A DNA stretch of 64,000 bases from an uncultured Armatimonadia bacterium (GTDB lineage: Bacteria > Armatimonadota > Zipacnadia > CAVVLO01): contig CAVVLO010000002.1 in the NCBI GenBank assembly GCA_963749155.1, positions 128,001 through 192,000 on the forward strand, in the 5' to 3' direction. Below are positions 37,803-47,709 of the stretch, in pieces. Within the stretch, counting starts at the first letter, position 1; each line of letters begins with the position of its first letter. Under the pieces are notes generated by a model that did not search any database, had not been told where the DNA came from, and saw only the letters and a program-made list of their open reading frames with translations. Position numbers and translations under genes: made by a program.

Positions 37803-38303
37803 ATGGGGAGGAAATTACTTTTAGTTTGTGCCGTTTTGTTGGGACTGCTTGCCCTGGCAGCGGTAGCCCTTGCTGATGAAGAGAGAGGCTATGCCCAGAC
37901 CCTGGGAGACCGGTTCGATCAAGCAGACCGATATTACGACTACCAGTACGATGACGATTATGACAATCGCCGGATGAAGCTCAACAAAAAGGAAAGAGAC
38001 CGTAGAGAGCGCGAGTGGGACCAGGACGAGTGGTGGGAACCACGCACAGAGCGCTACCGGCGGCAGCAACACTATGGCCCGCAGGGTCCCTCTTACTATG
38101 GTGGGGGTTACTATCCAGGTAATGGGTGGTCCTTCCAGTATTCACAGCCAGGCTGGAGCTTTGGGATGGGCTATGGTTTACCGTCCTGGGGTTATAACCA
38201 GCAAAACTGGAATGCCAAGGAACCGTGGTGGAGTGACCGGGTACCCCGTACGACCTATCGGATCTTCAGACCAGGTTTCTGGGGACCGGCAGGCGAGTGG
38301 TAG
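37803..38303 (+). CDS. Secreted low-complexity Asp/Tyr/Trp/Gly-rich hypothetical protein
   Basis: GAGGAGG RBS, signal peptide (AVALA), charged segment, then a G/Y/W/Q-rich segment. Confidence 0.75.
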   Translation: MGRKLLLVCAVLLGLLALAAVALADEERGYAQTLGDRFDQADRYYDYQYDDDYDNRRMKLNKKERDRREREWDQDEWWEPRTERYRRQQHYGPQGPSYYGGGYYPGNGWSFQYSQPGWSFGMGYGLPSWGYNQQNWNAKEPWWSDRVPRTTYRIFRPGFWGPAGEW

Positions 38304-38327
38304 CTAGCTTCGCAAGCAACTGAAGCG

Positions 38328-38361
38328 GACGAAAGGCGGGCCTTGGCCCGTCTTTCGTCTT
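38328..38361 (+). terminator. Probable intrinsic terminator hairpin
   Basis: GACGAAAGGCGGGC-CTTG-GCCCGTCTTTCGTC, 25 nt after the stop codon; the U tail is weak. Confidence 0.6.
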
Positions 38362-38383
38362 GACCAGACCAGAAGACGGCAAG

Positions 38384-38413
38384 TTGAGCAGGCCTCTCTT
38401 TATAAGGTATAAT
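38384..38413 (+). promoter_or_regulatory. Putative sigma-70 promoter of the ftsEX cluster
   Basis: TTGAGC-N18-TATAAT. Confidence 0.5.
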
Positions 38414-38447
38414 CCCGAGGCAAGTTGCGGGAGGAGACAAAGGCTTT

Positions 38448-39140
38448 ATGCCAGAAGAAATGGTACGCTTTGAGGGCGTCAGCCATATCTACCCTAACGG
38501 GGTAGCCGCCCTTAGCGACATAAACCTGCAAGTAGACCGAGGCGAGTTCGTTTTCCTCGTAGGACCTAGCGGTACTGGCAAATCCACTATGTTGCGCACC
38601 CTCTACAGGGCACTTGTCCCGACCCACGGCGAAGTGGTTGTGGCGGGGATGAGCGTTTCCCGACTTTCGCCCTCGAAGGTGCCCTTGCTCCGGCGCAAAT
38701 TAGGGGTCGTATTTCAGGATTACAAGCTGCTCGAGAAGAAAACTGCCTGGGAGAATATCGCCTTCGCCCTTCAGGTTACCAATGCCAGCCGAAGGCGTAT
38801 CTATCTCAGAGTGCCCGAGATACTCGAGCTGGTTGGACTGCATGACAAGCGCGACGCCTTGCCTCTTGAGATGAGCGGAGGGGAGCAACAGCGACTCAGT
38901 ATTGCCCGAGCCCTCGTGAATGAGCCCGCTTTACTGGTTGCAGATGAGCCTACCGGCAACCTGGACCCAAAAATATCCGAAGAAATTATCAGTCTACTTT
39001 CCGAGATCAATTCTACTCATCAGACAGCCACTATCGTAGCCACGCATGACCGGCTGGTAGTCGACAGATTCCGCAAGCGCGTCGTCGCCCTTTGTGATGG
39101 GAGTATCGTCAGCGACCGCCAGGAAAGCGGTTATGCTTAA
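38448..39140 (+). CDS. ftsE: Cell division ATP-binding protein FtsE
   Basis: [31 protein letters not shown] and ADEPTGNLD motifs. Confidence 0.95.
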   Translation: MPEEMVRFEGVSHIYPNGVAALSDINLQVDRGEFVFLVGPSGTGKSTMLRTLYRALVPTHGEVVVAGMSVSRLSPSKVPLLRRKLGVVFQDYKLLEKKTAWENIAFALQVTNASRRRIYLRVPEILELVGLHDKRDALPLEMSGGEQQRLSIARALVNEPALLVADEPTGNLDPKISEEIISLLSEINSTHQTATIVATHDRLVVDRFRKRVVALCDGSIVSDRQESGYA

Positions 39141-39148
39141 GGACAGAG

Positions 39149-40063
39149 ATGCTTAGCTCCCCAGTTGAGTTCGCGGTAGAGGAAGCCTTCGCCAACTTGA
39201 AGCGCAACCAGTCTATGAACTGGGCTTCCTTTCTTACTGTAACGGTGACCCTTTGCATATTGGGGTTCGCGCTGATGGTTAGTGCCAATCTAAACCATCT
39301 GGCTGACCAGTGGTCAAAGGAAGCTGGCCTTGTGGTCTTCTTTTCAAGCAATGCCACTACTGCCCAGGAAGAGGCAGTCTCGAAGGTACTCGAAGGCCGT
39401 CCCGAGGTGCGCAACGTTCGCTTCATCAGCAAGAAAGATGCGCTCAACCGACTGCAGGAGCGCTTTGGCAACAGGCTGGATTTGGAGACTTTCGCCAGCG
39501 ATAATCCTCTGCCAGACAGTCTGGAAGTCGAGCTTGCCGGGCCCGAGGCTGGAGCAGCGCTGGTGCCAGTGCTGGAAGGCCAGGCAGGGATTGAAGAGAT
39601 GGTACTGCCGCGCGAACTGCTCGATCGGTTACGCGCCATTACGCTGGGAGTACAGGTGCTGGCTTTCTCGATGGTTGCGTTGTTTGCCTTCAGTTCGCTT
39701 TTGATAATCAGCAATACTATTCGACTTACGGTGATGAGCCGGCAGCGAGAAGTAGAGATAATGCGGCTTGTGGGCGCCTCCGAAAGCCTGGTAAAAGCTC
39801 CTTTCGTACTGGAAGGCGCTTTTCTTGGAGCAGCCGGCGGAGTTGCGAGCGCGCTCGTGGTAACCTTGCTTTATGAGTTATATGCCGAGATGGTTGCAGC
39901 CAAGCTACCCTTTATACCTACAGTAGGGGGCACTGGCTTCGTGATGAGCTTCTGGATACTTTTGACAGCGGTAGGAATTGGCTTCGGCCTGATTAGTAGT
40001 ATTATGGCAGCCAACAAGTTTCTGGGCGAGCCGTATGCCTCTGCAGGGGGAGGCAAACCTTGA
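39149..40063 (+). CDS. ftsX: Cell division permease FtsX
   Basis: NPLPDSLEV and ISNTIRLTVMSRQREVEIMRLVGA...PFVLEG. Confidence 0.95.
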   Translation: MLSSPVEFAVEEAFANLKRNQSMNWASFLTVTVTLCILGFALMVSANLNHLADQWSKEAGLVVFFSSNATTAQEEAVSKVLEGRPEVRNVRFISKKDALNRLQERFGNRLDLETFASDNPLPDSLEVELAGPEAGAALVPVLEGQAGIEEMVLPRELLDRLRAITLGVQVLAFSMVALFAFSSLLIISNTIRLTVMSRQREVEIMRLVGASESLVKAPFVLEGAFLGAAGGVASALVVTLLYELYAEMVAAKLPFIPTVGGTGFVMSFWILLTAVGIGFGLISSIMAANKFLGEPYASAGGGKP

Positions 40064-41199
40064 GAATCGGCTGGCTGTCACTCATCATACTTGGGCTTTT
40101 TTGCCTAACACTGGCCGGGCCTTTAGCCCAATCAGGGGCAGGGGCTGACACCAAAAAAAGCACTTTGCAGCAGAAGAAGAACCAACTCCAGAAGAAGATT
40201 GACGAGCTCCAGAAAAAAATACGTCCCATCAAGCAGCAACAACGCCGCATGGCCGATCAGGTCAAGGACTGCGAAGATCGCGTGGCAGATGCCAGAGTTC
40301 ATTTGGGTCAGACGCGCAGTAAACTTGCCACTGCCAAACAGGAACTAGCCAAGTGCGAAACGCGTATGAAGGAATTGGAGACCCAACATTCTAACCAGCG
40401 CAAGCTATTTGGCGGACGTCTCTCTGCCTACTATAAGGGCGACCGGCTTCGCTTCCTTAACCTGTTGCTCGAGTCCGACAGCATTTTCGATCTGATAAGC
40501 AACGCTTATCTGGTCAGCGTGCTTTTCCAGGCTGATGTGCGAGCACTGGACGCAATCGAGATCACCAAAGTGGAACTCGAGACTGTACGCAAGAAGAAGG
40601 CCACCCAGGCTGCTACTTACGAAGGCTATGTCCAGGATGAGCTTACGGACCTGGAAGAAATCAAGCAGCAGGCTTATACCCAGCATGCGATACTTGCCAA
40701 GATAAGCAAGGAGCGCGCTTCCTGGGAACAATATATGCAGGAGTTCATCGAGGACTCTCAGGCCATCGAACGCCAGTTGTCGTCCTATTCCAGCGGATAT
40801 ACCGGCACCCTCGGGGGCAAGTGGCGCGGTAAGCTTATCCGCCCCTGTGGTGGGCCAGTAACTAGCCCGTTCGGCTGGCGTATCCATCCAATATATAGAA
40901 CCAAACGATTTCATACCGGCGTAGATTTTGGTATAGCGTCAGGTACTCCGGTCAAAGCGGCCACTGACGGACGGGTTGTCTCCGCAGGCTGGAAGGGAGC
41001 CTACGGCCGCTGTGTAATAATTGAACATGGAGGGGGCATATCAACAGTTTATGGCCACCTCAGTTCAATTAGCGTAAAAGCCGGTCAGACAGTAAGCAAA
41101 GCTCAGATGGTTGGTCGTGTTGGCAGTACGGGGCTTTCTACAGGGCCTCATCTGCATTTCGAGGTACGCGAAAACGGCAAGCCCGTGAATCCGCTCTAA
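40060..41199 (+). CDS. Coiled-coil M23 peptidase (EnvC-like architecture)
   Basis: Signal peptide, coiled coil, HTGVD, YGHL and STGPHLHFEVR; the Zn ligands are intact. Confidence 0.9.
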   Translation: MRIGWLSLIILGLFCLTLAGPLAQSGAGADTKKSTLQQKKNQLQKKIDELQKKIRPIKQQQRRMADQVKDCEDRVADARVHLGQTRSKLATAKQELAKCETRMKELETQHSNQRKLFGGRLSAYYKGDRLRFLNLLLESDSIFDLISNAYLVSVLFQADVRALDAIEITKVELETVRKKKATQAATYEGYVQDELTDLEEIKQQAYTQHAILAKISKERASWEQYMQEFIEDSQAIERQLSSYSSGYTGTLGGKWRGKLIRPCGGPVTSPFGWRIHPIYRTKRFHTGVDFGIASGTPVKAATDGRVVSAGWKGAYGRCVIIEHGGGISTVYGHLSSISVKAGQTVSKAQMVGRVGSTGLSTGPHLHFEVRENGKPVNPL

Positions 41200-41223
41200 G
41201 CTCTCAGTTCACCTGGAGGAATA

Positions 41224-42522
41224 ATGCGCGCTTTCAAGATATCGATTTTCGCCCTGATACTGGTGTTGGCGATGAGCCTGGCCTTTGTTGCGGGCCTCCG
41301 GGTGAATACTTCGCTGCTGCATCAGGCGACAGACCCTGCCAGGAGCCTCAATACGCTCATCCCCATACTTGATGAGGCCCATAGCGCCCCGCAGCTCGAG
41401 TCTACAATGGAGCCGCTAAGCACCTTCTGGGAAGTACTGGTGCGGCTTAAGACCAGTTATGTAGACCGGCTCGATGATGACAGGTCGCTGGCTTATGGCG
41501 CCATCCAGGGAATGCTCAAGACTCTGGATGATCCCTACACCAGATTTATGGATCCTGATAGCTATTCGAGTTTCCGTACCGAGAGTCAGGGTTCTTTCGA
41601 AGGGATTGGCGCAGTACTCGGAGTTTCCACCAAGGACAAGCCCGAAGAAGCCGAACCGCTTATAGTCAAACCCTTTGAGGGAGGTCCTGCCTTCAAAGCT
41701 GGCCTCCAGGTCGAAGACATCATAGTTGCCGTCGATGGCAAGCCGACCAAGGGAGTAGTGCTGGATGAAGTCGTGCGCTGGATCCGGGGCCCCCGTGGCA
41801 CCGAGATAACACTTACCATCCGCCGCAAGGACGTAGAAAAGGCTTTTGATGTGCCAATTAAACGCGACAGGGTGGAATTGCCCACTCTCCAAAGCGAGAT
41901 CAAAGACGAGATTGGCATTATCAGGCTATATGCTTTCAATGAGAACAGCCTGATGTTGCTGGATAAAGCCCTGGCTGATTTACAAACCAAGAAGGTCAAG
42001 GGGCTTGTCTTCGACCTGCGCGATAATCCTGGCGGCCTGCTGGATGTCGCAGTAGGAGTCGCCTCTCGCTTCGTGGCAAATGGCCCTGTGGTATATGTAG
42101 AAGAGCGAGGCAACCAGGAGACAGTGCTGAAAGTTACTCCCTCGGCGGTCCATGAGTATAGCCTGCCAATGGCAGTGCTGGTAAACAAAGGCAGTGCCAG
42201 TGCTTCCGAGATTGTCTCGGGCGCCTTGCAGGACGTTGACCGGGCTGCGCTTGTGGGCGAGACTACTTTTGGCAAGGGCCTGGTCCAGACAGTTGTGCCT
42301 TTACGAGATGGTTCAGCAGTGGCCATCACGACTGCTCGGTACCTAACTCCCAGCAAACGTGATATAAATCATAAAGGGATCGTTCCGGATTACCAGGTTT
42401 CACTCAGTGAAGAGGAACTGAAAGCGGGACGAGATCCCCAGGAAGCCAAAGCCCTGGAGCTGGTAGAGCAGGCAAGGACGACTCCTCTCCAGGCCAAGTC
42501 CAGCCGGCCTGGCTCGGTTTGA
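41224..42522 (+). CDS. ctpA: C-terminal processing protease S41A
   Basis: LDDPYT, GIGA PDZ, DLRDNPGG, SASASEI and TFGKGLVQ motifs. Confidence 0.92.
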   Translation: MRAFKISIFALILVLAMSLAFVAGLRVNTSLLHQATDPARSLNTLIPILDEAHSAPQLESTMEPLSTFWEVLVRLKTSYVDRLDDDRSLAYGAIQGMLKTLDDPYTRFMDPDSYSSFRTESQGSFEGIGAVLGVSTKDKPEEAEPLIVKPFEGGPAFKAGLQVEDIIVAVDGKPTKGVVLDEVVRWIRGPRGTEITLTIRRKDVEKAFDVPIKRDRVELPTLQSEIKDEIGIIRLYAFNENSLMLLDKALADLQTKKVKGLVFDLRDNPGGLLDVAVGVASRFVANGPVVYVEERGNQETVLKVTPSAVHEYSLPMAVLVNKGSASASEIVSGALQDVDRAALVGETTFGKGLVQTVVPLRDGSAVAITTARYLTPSKRDINHKGIVPDYQVSLSEEELKAGRDPQEAKALELVEQARTTPLQAKSSRPGSV

Positions 42523-42600
42523 GGTTTTCTTATTAGAGTTCCAGGATAATCGCCTGGCTTACGTATCGCAGCCCAAGATGCACCAGAGGTAATACCAGAA

Positions 42601-43662
42601 ATGGCCACCAGGCGCAGGAAAGTCGGCACCAGTTCTACTCGGGGCCGTGGCAGCGCATCTCGCGCAAAGCCGCGCTCGGGCAGGGCCTTGCTGCTTACAA
42701 TTGTCATTGTTGTGCTTATGTGCGTCGTTTACGGCGCCTATGCGCAAAGTACTGGCCCAGTGCAAAAACTCCGACATTGGAGTATCTGGGCTCTTGACAA
42801 GCTGTTTGCAAAGAGCGCCCAGGCCTCTCGAGAAGTCACGCCTGCTCGGTCGAACCCGCCGGCTGACATCAATCCTCAATCTGGCAAAGTTAGCCTTGAC
42901 TCAACCGCTGTCCAGGCACCTGACACTGCCAGCAAGCAACCAAGCAAGGCGGCTCCTCCTCGCCCGGCTCACAGGCTGGTAATCGTCATCGATGACTGTG
43001 GTTACAACGAGCTTATCCTGCGCGAGCTGGCTGCTTTGGACCTGAAGCTAACCTATGCCTTCTTGCCAGATGGCTCTTGCACGCCGAAGATGGCCGCAGA
43101 GCTCTCGCGAGCTGGCCATTGTATTATGTTGCATATGCCGATGGAGCCACTTGCCAGTGACAAACTGGCGCTTGAACCTAGTACTCTGCGCTGCGGAATG
43201 GATGGGGAGCAGTTGGAGAACTTGCTTGAGCTAGCCCTTGCCAAGGTGCCGCAAGCCGAAGGGCTAAACAACCATATGGGTTCCAGAGCGACATGTGACC
43301 AACAGGTGACTGAAACACTGGCTCGGTTCCTGCGCAATAGAACAGGCCCCTCGGGCAATCCCTTGTTCTTGCTTGATAGTATGACTACCCCGAGTGGTTC
43401 CTCTTCGCTGATGCGCGCGGCAGCTTTACGTTTCGAGCTTCCTTTCCGGACTCGAGACGTTTTTCTGGACGATGAGCTGGACCCTGAAGCTATGACTCGC
43501 CAGGCTGAAGAAGCTCTCGAGGTAGCCAAAAACACCGGAGAGGCTATCCTGATTGGGCATGCGCGGCGTGAGACTTTAGAGTGGCTCCGGACTAACAGCA
43601 AGTTATTCCAGGAATCAGACGTTACTCTGATGGGGCTTACTGAGGCAATCTATGGCCTCTAG
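42601..43662 (+). CDS. Divergent polysaccharide deacetylase
   Basis: IVIDDCG, LHMPMEP, NNHMGS, LDS, RDVFLD and IGH motifs. Confidence 0.9.
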   Translation: MATRRRKVGTSSTRGRGSASRAKPRSGRALLLTIVIVVLMCVVYGAYAQSTGPVQKLRHWSIWALDKLFAKSAQASREVTPARSNPPADINPQSGKVSLDSTAVQAPDTASKQPSKAAPPRPAHRLVIVIDDCGYNELILRELAALDLKLTYAFLPDGSCTPKMAAELSRAGHCIMLHMPMEPLASDKLALEPSTLRCGMDGEQLENLLELALAKVPQAEGLNNHMGSRATCDQQVTETLARFLRNRTGPSGNPLFLLDSMTTPSGSSSLMRAAALRFELPFRTRDVFLDDELDPEAMTRQAEEALEVAKNTGEAILIGHARRETLEWLRTNSKLFQESDVTLMGLTEAIYGL

Positions 43663-43678
43663 CAGGGAGGAGGGTATT

Positions 43679-44587
43679 ATGGCAGCCGACCCATCCTTTG
43701 ACAGACATGAACTTGTGAGCAGATTCCGCCGCCAGATCAACCTGATGTGGCTGGTGATTTTGGTGCTGCTCCTACTCAACTTCATCCAGTTCAGCGGTAA
43801 GGGCAAGGTGGCCGCCATACTGGTTGATGGCACGCCTGTGGCCTATGTCGAAGACAAAGATGCCGCGGATGGGGTACTCGCCAGCGTGCTGGATTCTGTG
43901 AAATTCGATACCAAAGCAAGCGATGCCCGATTCTCGAACACAGTGCGAGTAGTGGCTGTAAGCAAGCGCAATGCCGACTCGCTAGATGATCAGAAAGGCG
44001 CAGAGGAAAAGCTCAAGCGTTATGCGAAGGTACTCGTCAATGCCTTCGTAGCGCAGAACAACCAGACGGGAGAACGGCTAGTGGCACTGCCTACCGTGGA
44101 TGCGGTGAAGGAGCTGCAGGCGCGCGTAAGCAGCGAAGCTGCCGCCAAGCAGTTACCTCCCAATCTGCAACCGCTTACTGATATCACCGAATCGAAGCAG
44201 TGGGTTGATAGCAACCTGGCCTTCGCGACAGTCGAGCAGGCTTACGCTTTTCTGTCAGGCGGGAAGCTGCCGGCTACACCAGCGCTCGATACGCCGACGC
44301 CCGTTGCTCCAGTCCCAGCAGACGACAACACTGCGACAACCGCTCCAGTTAAGCCTGCCCCCCAGCCTGTTGTCAGCAAGCCAGTAAAGCCGGCTACGCC
44401 AACGGTTACCCCTGCTCCTGCGCCGTCGGGAGGAGGCACCTATACGGTGAAAGAAGGCGACACAGCCTGGGGTATATGCAAGCGATTGAAGGTATCTCTC
44501 AGCACTTTGGAAAAGTTGAATCCGGGCGTAAATCTCGATATCCTTAAGCCTGGCGACAAGCTGAACCTGCCTGGTGGCACCAACTAG
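43679..44587 (+). CDS. Membrane-anchored LysM protein
   Basis: TM, Pro/Thr linker, C-terminal YTVKEGDTAWGI...LNP...LKPGDKLNLP. Confidence 0.85.
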   Translation: MAADPSFDRHELVSRFRRQINLMWLVILVLLLLNFIQFSGKGKVAAILVDGTPVAYVEDKDAADGVLASVLDSVKFDTKASDARFSNTVRVVAVSKRNADSLDDQKGAEEKLKRYAKVLVNAFVAQNNQTGERLVALPTVDAVKELQARVSSEAAAKQLPPNLQPLTDITESKQWVDSNLAFATVEQAYAFLSGGKLPATPALDTPTPVAPVPADDNTATTAPVKPAPQPVVSKPVKPATPTVTPAPAPSGGGTYTVKEGDTAWGICKRLKVSLSTLEKLNPGVNLDILKPGDKLNLPGGTN

Positions 44588-44609
44588 AGTACCAGGAGAG
44601 GTCGGCGAA

Positions 44610-44639
44610 TTGACTAAGGTTTCGGCAGCATAGTATACT
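44610..44639 (+). promoter_or_regulatory. Putative sigma-70 promoter
   Basis: TTGACT-N18-TATACT, upstream of the GGGGGAGG RBS. Confidence 0.55.
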
Positions 44640-44688
44640 GCCGTCATTCTTGGCGCTGTGGAGCCATTCCACTGGGGGAGGCACTTGT

Positions 44689-45957
44689 ATGCCGTTTTGT
44701 CCTCAATGCGGCGCTGAAAACGAGCCTGAAGACCGGTTCTGCGGCGCCTGTGGCTATAAATTGCACACGGGCGGTAAAGCTGCGGCTGGCAAGTCCGGAC
44801 GGTTAGCGCGTGGTGAACGCGCTGCTAGCGAGGACGAGTCCCTGCTCGAATCAGCTGAAGAGGAAGCGCCTTCCGCGCTGCAGTATTCGAGCGCCAGAAG
44901 CTTCCTGCTGCACTATATGCGTCCCATTGGAGAAGGCCTTGGCGTATGCCTGGTGCTGGGCCTGCTCTATATCATCATCGGAGTCAAGCTTTCCAAGGTA
45001 TACCTTCCCCTTGAGACCATCTACAGCCCACTGCTTATGGGCACGGAAGAAGGCTCCAACCTGGGGGGCATCCTGGTCTGGCTTGCTATTTTCGGCGTCG
45101 GAGCAGCCTGGGCGGCGCGGGAAACCAAAGAGAACGGTTTCCTGTGTGGAGGCATCGCCGGTTTTCTGGCAGGGGCTATCTTCTCACTTGTCGAGGATCT
45201 GGTCTTCGACTGGGCTACCGCTTCTTTCCAGCATACCCTTGGCGCTGCAATGTGTGGAATGGCAATTGGCTTGCTGGTAGGACTTGTGGCCAGCCTGGTC
45301 GGTAGTCCTGCCCTCGTGCGCTTCCCGGCCAGGGCCAGGCAGAGCGCCCTGATTGCGCTAATTGTGCTGGTAGGAATGCTTATTGTCTTTGTAAACTTGC
45401 CCGAAATGGAAGGCACAAGAGCCTATGTACTGGGCAACAAGTTCCAGGAATACGGGCTCTTCAACGCCGCGATTCTGAAGTATGACTATGCGCATCGACA
45501 GGATCCGATGGATGTCAACATCCTCAATGACTGGGGAGTGGCCCTGAAGCAGGTACGCAAACCTGAGGAAGCCATTGCCGTCTGGGAACAGGCAGCCAGA
45601 TGGAATCCCAGTCGCGCTGACATACATCACAACCTGGGCATTGCTTACCATGAATTGTCACGCGTCGCGGATGCGATGAATCAGTATAAACTGGCAATAG
45701 CCTCAGACCCTGAGGATATGATAGCGCGCTACAACCTGGGTATCGCCTATGTTCACAAAGGGCAATTTGACCTGGCTGAACAGACCTTCAACGAATTGCT
45801 TACGGTCGATCCTGAAAACACCGACGCCAAGGCTGCTCTGGAAGCTGTCGCCAAGCGTCGAGCAGCCGCCGAGGCACTCGAAAGTGAAGAAACCTCGGGC
45901 GACTCGTCGGATGAGGAAGACCAGAATGAGGAGGACTTATACAACGACGAAGACTAG
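44689..45957 (+). CDS. Zinc-ribbon + multi-TM + TPR protein
   Basis: MPFCPQCG..FCGACG, about 5 TM helices, several TPR units (HHNLGIAY, RYNLGIAY), acidic tail. Confidence 0.85.
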   Translation: MPFCPQCGAENEPEDRFCGACGYKLHTGGKAAAGKSGRLARGERAASEDESLLESAEEEAPSALQYSSARSFLLHYMRPIGEGLGVCLVLGLLYIIIGVKLSKVYLPLETIYSPLLMGTEEGSNLGGILVWLAIFGVGAAWAARETKENGFLCGGIAGFLAGAIFSLVEDLVFDWATASFQHTLGAAMCGMAIGLLVGLVASLVGSPALVRFPARARQSALIALIVLVGMLIVFVNLPEMEGTRAYVLGNKFQEYGLFNAAILKYDYAHRQDPMDVNILNDWGVALKQVRKPEEAIAVWEQAARWNPSRADIHHNLGIAYHELSRVADAMNQYKLAIASDPEDMIARYNLGIAYVHKGQFDLAEQTFNELLTVDPENTDAKAALEAVAKRRAAAEALESEETSGDSSDEEDQNEEDLYNDED

Positions 45958-46036
45958 CCTTGATCCTCAAAGCAAGCCCAGCAGATGCCCGGGGTCCTGG
46001 CCTCGGGCATTTCTGCACCCGCAGGGGGAGTGACTT

Positions 46037-46534
46037 ATGACCGACAAAGAAAAACAGATTGTGATAGCCGAGTTGCTGGAGCCGAATTCAAGGCTGAGCG
46101 TGGAGGACATCGCCCTTCGCTCAGGGCTGCCCGCAGAGGAAGTCGCCCATCTTATCGAGCATATGGAGCAGCAGCGCATAATCGTGAAGTACAAGACGAT
46201 TATCAACTGGGAAGCTTTGCGCGATGAGCAGGCTTATGCCTTCATCTCGGTTAAGAGTTCGCCAGAGCCGGAACTGGGCTTTGAGGGCATCGCCGAGCGC
46301 ATCTACAGCTATCCTGAAGTCCACTCCTTGTATCTTTGCTCGGGTGACTTCGACTTTATGGTAGTTGTCGAGGGGCGCACAATGAAGGAAGTGGCCTATT
46401 TCGTTGCTGAACGCCTTTCGCCCATCAAAGAGGTTACCAGCACGCGCACCCAGTTCGTGCTCAAGAAATACAAGATGGATGGCGAACTCCTGGTGCCAGG
46501 CCGTCAGGACAGGAGGTTGCCAGTATCGCCATGA
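46037..46534 (+). CDS. Lrp/AsnC family regulator
   Basis: N-terminal HTH; IAERIYSYPEVHSLYLCSGDFD, of the YugG/AlaR type. Confidence 0.9.
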   Translation: MTDKEKQIVIAELLEPNSRLSVEDIALRSGLPAEEVAHLIEHMEQQRIIVKYKTIINWEALRDEQAYAFISVKSSPEPELGFEGIAERIYSYPEVHSLYLCSGDFDFMVVVEGRTMKEVAYFVAERLSPIKEVTSTRTQFVLKKYKMDGELLVPGRQDRRLPVSP

Positions 46535-47694
46535 GCAGACCTGACCGGATAGCCAAAATGGTGAGTGAGATGGCCCCCTCAGGCATCAGGGCCTTCTTTG
46601 ACCTGGTGGTAGGCAAACCCAATGTCATAAAGCTGGCAGTGGGCGAGCCGGATTTTTCGCCTCCCTGGCATGTCATAGAAGCGGTCATCGATTCGCTGTA
46701 TGCGGGTTTCACCTCCTATTCGTCCAACCAGGGTTTGCTGCGCCTAAGGGAAGAGATTGCTCAATATCTCGATTCCAGGTTCGGCATAATGGTGGATCCT
46801 GAGAAACAGGTGCTAGTTACGACTGGCGTAAGCGAGGCAATCGATATTGCCCTTCGAGCGCTACTTGAGCCTGGCGATGAGGTTATCGTCACCCAGCCTT
46901 GTTATGTCTCCTATGCGCCTTGTGTGGAACTTGCTTACGGCAAGCCAGTGATAATCGAATGCCGCCCAGAAGACGGCTGGCAGGTAGATCCTGAGCGGCT
47001 GGAAGCCGCCTGCAACGAGCGCACAAAGGCCCTGTTAATCAACTACCCCTGCAATCCAACAGGGGCTACACTTTCGAAAGAAGTCCTTGAACGCCTGGTT
47101 GAACTGGCTGTCAAGTGGGACTTCGTAATTTTGAGTGACGAGGTCTATGCGGAGCTGACTTTCGAGGGCGATCATACCGCAGTGGGCAGCCTGCCTGGCG
47201 CAGCCGACCATGTGCTTACTCTTAGTGGCTTCTCCAAGGCCTGGGCAATGACTGGGCTGAGACTTGGTTATGCGGCAGGGCCGACCGATATAATCGCCGC
47301 GATGACCAAAATCCACCAGTATACGATGCTCTGCGCGCCCATTACCGCCCAGATTGGCGGGATAGAAGCCCTCGCCGGGCCAAGTGATGAGATGCGTCAG
47401 CAACTGCGCGAATATGGCAGGCGACGCCGAGTCTTCTGCGCAGGGCTCAAAGAACTTGGTTTCCCCCTGGTAGAGCCAAGCGGAACCTTCTACGCTTTCC
47501 CGGATATCCGGTGGACGGGGCTCTCTTCCCAGGAGTTTTGCAAACAGCTATTGATGGAGAAAGAAGTAGCCACAGTGCCTGGAGATGCCTTTGGGACAGC
47601 GGGCGATGGTTACATCAGATGCGCCTTCGCAACGTCCATCGGGCAACTCGAGGAAGCCCTTCGGAGAATCAAGGACTTCCTCGCCGCCCTCTAG
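46531..47694 (+). CDS. PLP-dependent class I/II aminotransferase (YugH/AlaT-like)
   Basis: GEPDF, NYPCNPTG, SDEVY and SGFSKAWAMTGLRLG motifs. Confidence 0.93.
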   Translation: MSRPDRIAKMVSEMAPSGIRAFFDLVVGKPNVIKLAVGEPDFSPPWHVIEAVIDSLYAGFTSYSSNQGLLRLREEIAQYLDSRFGIMVDPEKQVLVTTGVSEAIDIALRALLEPGDEVIVTQPCYVSYAPCVELAYGKPVIIECRPEDGWQVDPERLEAACNERTKALLINYPCNPTGATLSKEVLERLVELAVKWDFVILSDEVYAELTFEGDHTAVGSLPGAADHVLTLSGFSKAWAMTGLRLGYAAGPTDIIAAMTKIHQYTMLCAPITAQIGGIEALAGPSDEMRQQLREYGRRRRVFCAGLKELGFPLVEPSGTFYAFPDIRWTGLSSQEFCKQLLMEKEVATVPGDAFGTAGDGYIRCAFATSIGQLEEALRRIKDFLAAL

Positions 47695-47709
47695 ATCACG
47701 CTCTTGTTA

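Noticed and set aside
38448..44587. ftsEX-M23-ctpA-deacetylase-LysM cluster as a novel system
   Set aside because: This is a widely conserved cell-division neighbourhood.
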